A DNA stretch of 64,000 nt from Ascidiella aspersa (Eukaryota), in the NCBI GenBank assembly GCA_963924565.1, contig OZ004607.1, forward strand, positions 14,384,001 to 14,448,000, given 5' to 3'. This document shows, piece after piece, positions 61,606-64,000 of this stretch; the stretch's first letter is position 1; each line of letters begins with the position of its first letter. A program made the translations under genes and the position numbers. The notes beneath the pieces are model-generated. The model was not told the origin of the DNA and did not search any database. It worked only from the letters and a program-made list of their open reading frames with translations.

Positions 61606-64000
61606 TATTAGGCCAATGAGACCTTGGCTTTAAAAAGTTCCTTTTTCACTAAAATGCCCCATTTATTAGCCTACCAGAGAAACTGAAAAGTCTGCTTAGG
61701 GTAACTGTGGCCAAACTTAAAAAAAAGGAATTATCGCGCGATCCTTCCATAAAACATTCAAATAGCGCGATCGATAAAACATTCAATAGCACATGTGCAC
61801 TCAGAAGTATAAACCTTTTTGCAGCCTCGCAACCTTGCATTAAAAAGTATTCGTGAAAAGATATATTTTGCCTCGGTTATGCAATTAATAAGTACGAAAC
61901 ATGATATAGCCGACATTACAATACTTAGATGGTTCTCACCATCCCAATGCTAGTTATGTGCTGTTCTAAACCATTGGAATCACATATGTACTGTTCAACC
62001 CTCATAGCTTTGGACCTAACTGAAGTGGCGAGCTTACGACATCAACAGACGTCACATGTTATTTATAGCTCACGAAACAGTTGTTCATTGGGGATTCACA
62101 GTTCACCCGACACAGGATAAGTTATTATCACCTCTCAGCTAAATGATTTTAGTGACTATCTACTTCGGCCACTCTTGTAGATAACACACTTACAAAATAT
62201 ACACTTCAACACAACAGCACGTGGTGGTTCCAGTGTTGAACAGAATGCAACCTGAATTAGGAATAAAATATTGAACTATTGTCGTATGAATGAAAAAACG
62301 AGTAATTTCGGCATTCTGGAGAGAGAACTAGTAAGATAAACACTTCGTCAGGCCGTCACAATGTATTACTGGATTGTCTTTGCAAATTATCATAAATGCC
62401 TAAAGCCGCTATAGGTTAAGCTAAATTGGAGTTCCTTGAATAATTTAACACACAAAACATGCTGTTTGTCTTTTGCGCTAATTTAAATTTGCGTTTGTCT
62501 GTTGCGCTAAGTTAAATTTGCTTCTTGTTGACAATCTAACAACGTTTTCTTAGAAAGCTAACCATCGTCTTTTTCGAGTTTGAACCGCGATATTCCGTTT
62601 TATTTCGTATCGTACAAACAACAATTTAAACATTAAATATCAAGAACTCGACGATTGAAAAGCTGTGACAAGTAACTGTCTTCCAGTGCAGCAATAAACG
62701 TGCACTTCGGATTTAGCTGATTCCAACATTATCCAGTGCATTCTCTACATTAGCTTGTTTTACAGCTTACGGCTACGCCTCAATGAACCTTTTCTACATT
62801 GTTGTAACGCCTCGAGCTTTTCGTGACGTCAAGAAACTAGATTCTACGGGATTACCGGTGCGTGAAAATGAACTCAGTAAGCCAAATGTATAACACCCTT
62901 TACACGTAATGTTTAAACTACCTTACATTAGCCACAACTTAATAAAAGTTTATTTGGAGTATCTTATGCCAACAATAAAAATATAGGCCTATACACACTT
63001 TAGTAGCGGGATAAAAACGGTGACTACAAAACATCGTTAGGTTTTTGGAAGTTTCTAACATATTGTGCGTTTCAGTGTGAAAATATCAGAAAGGTCGAAC
63101 CGACCCGGAACGGATTTTTATGAACCAGTATTGGGCTAATTAAGAGCCGTAACCGAAGCTGAATTGTTTCTGAATTTGTCTGAATTGTAAGTCCAACTGA
63201 AACTATTCAATTTAAAGAGTCAAGTTGTACATTATTCGAGTTTGACGCCGTTTACAAAACATTTTCAAAATAATTGTTTGGCGATCAATACATGAAAAAG
63301 CACAGAATTACTTTTATTTATTGACCTGATTTATATCATGTTGTATAATCATTAGGGCCCACAAAAGTCAATAAAGTTAAAAAATTTTAAGAACCTCCTC
63401 TGTCCACGAATCAAAGAATAAAGTTGTTTTCAGCACCCAGGGGACTGTTTCTAAGAATTTTATAGGTCAAAATAAAGTTAAAATTTACAATAAAGTTAAA
63501 AATTTTTAATAAAGTCAAAATTTGTCAAATTATGGCTTTTGACAAAGTTTTTGTGCTTCTTGAGAGTAATTTTTGTAAAAATCGTCGTGGAAGCATTGTA
63601 AATCAGAAACTGCGACACAATTAAACCATATTAACCCATAAAAGCAGGCAAAATGTCACAATGCCCTCTTGGATCAGAGGTAACTTTTATCGCAAATTGT
63701 CCATTTTTTATTTATTGTTACGTATTTAAATAATTCTTATAAAACACTTTATCTTCATAAACGTGGTCTTTTCGAAGATCAACAATTTGGATCTTAGAAA
63801 TAGTCTACTGACATTCTGTAATACAAAAATGCCTAAGAAAGCTAAATCTATCGCCAAAAAACCCGATGCACTTTTTATAATCTATAAAACAACTTGACTT
63901 TGCGACAAAATATTACGTTTGGGTCTGAAGTCGACAAATTATTACGTTTGGGTAACTGGCATTAATTTAAGGAAGAACTGTGGCCTCTACAAACAAGCAA

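Noticed and set aside
63360-63520. AATAAAGTTAAAA repeats as an array or CRISPR-like structure
   Set aside because: Irregular low-complexity repeats in a eukaryotic genome with no regular spacers.

Overview
Eukaryotic, AT-rich genomic DNA with compact spliced genes. Short introns, AAAATG-type start contexts and the protein sequences suggest an invertebrate chordate, probably an ascidian (inference). Five protein-coding genes were rebuilt by hand with phase-consistent exon chains. (1) 5' part of DOPEY/DOP1 (minus strand, runs off the left edge). (2) A CAP/SCP-domain GLIPR1-like type I membrane protein (+, 9 exons, 344 aa). (3) An orphan secreted or furin-released protein (minus, 18065-20220). 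Its 145-aa mature domain has the helix pattern, cysteines and intron phases of an IL-6/IL-11/G-CSF-type four-helix cytokine. It is flanked by a cluster of STAT (GAS) sites and a ~7 kb upstream non-coding region. (4) A complete rootletin/CROCC gene (minus, 41 coding exons, ~2072 aa). Its introns hold a series of in-frame alternative first exons, one encoding a 154-aa head with a DSGxxS degron and a Cys cluster, plus an antisense tRNA-like structure with a collapsed anticodon arm. (5) A TMEM47/PERP/VAB-9-like tetraspan (minus, 200 aa). Several non-autonomous hAT-type elements with 8-bp TSDs, repeatedly nested, and palindromic MITEs are also present. Top candidate for a new system: the putative invertebrate-chordate gp130-family cytokine with a possible STAT feedback module.
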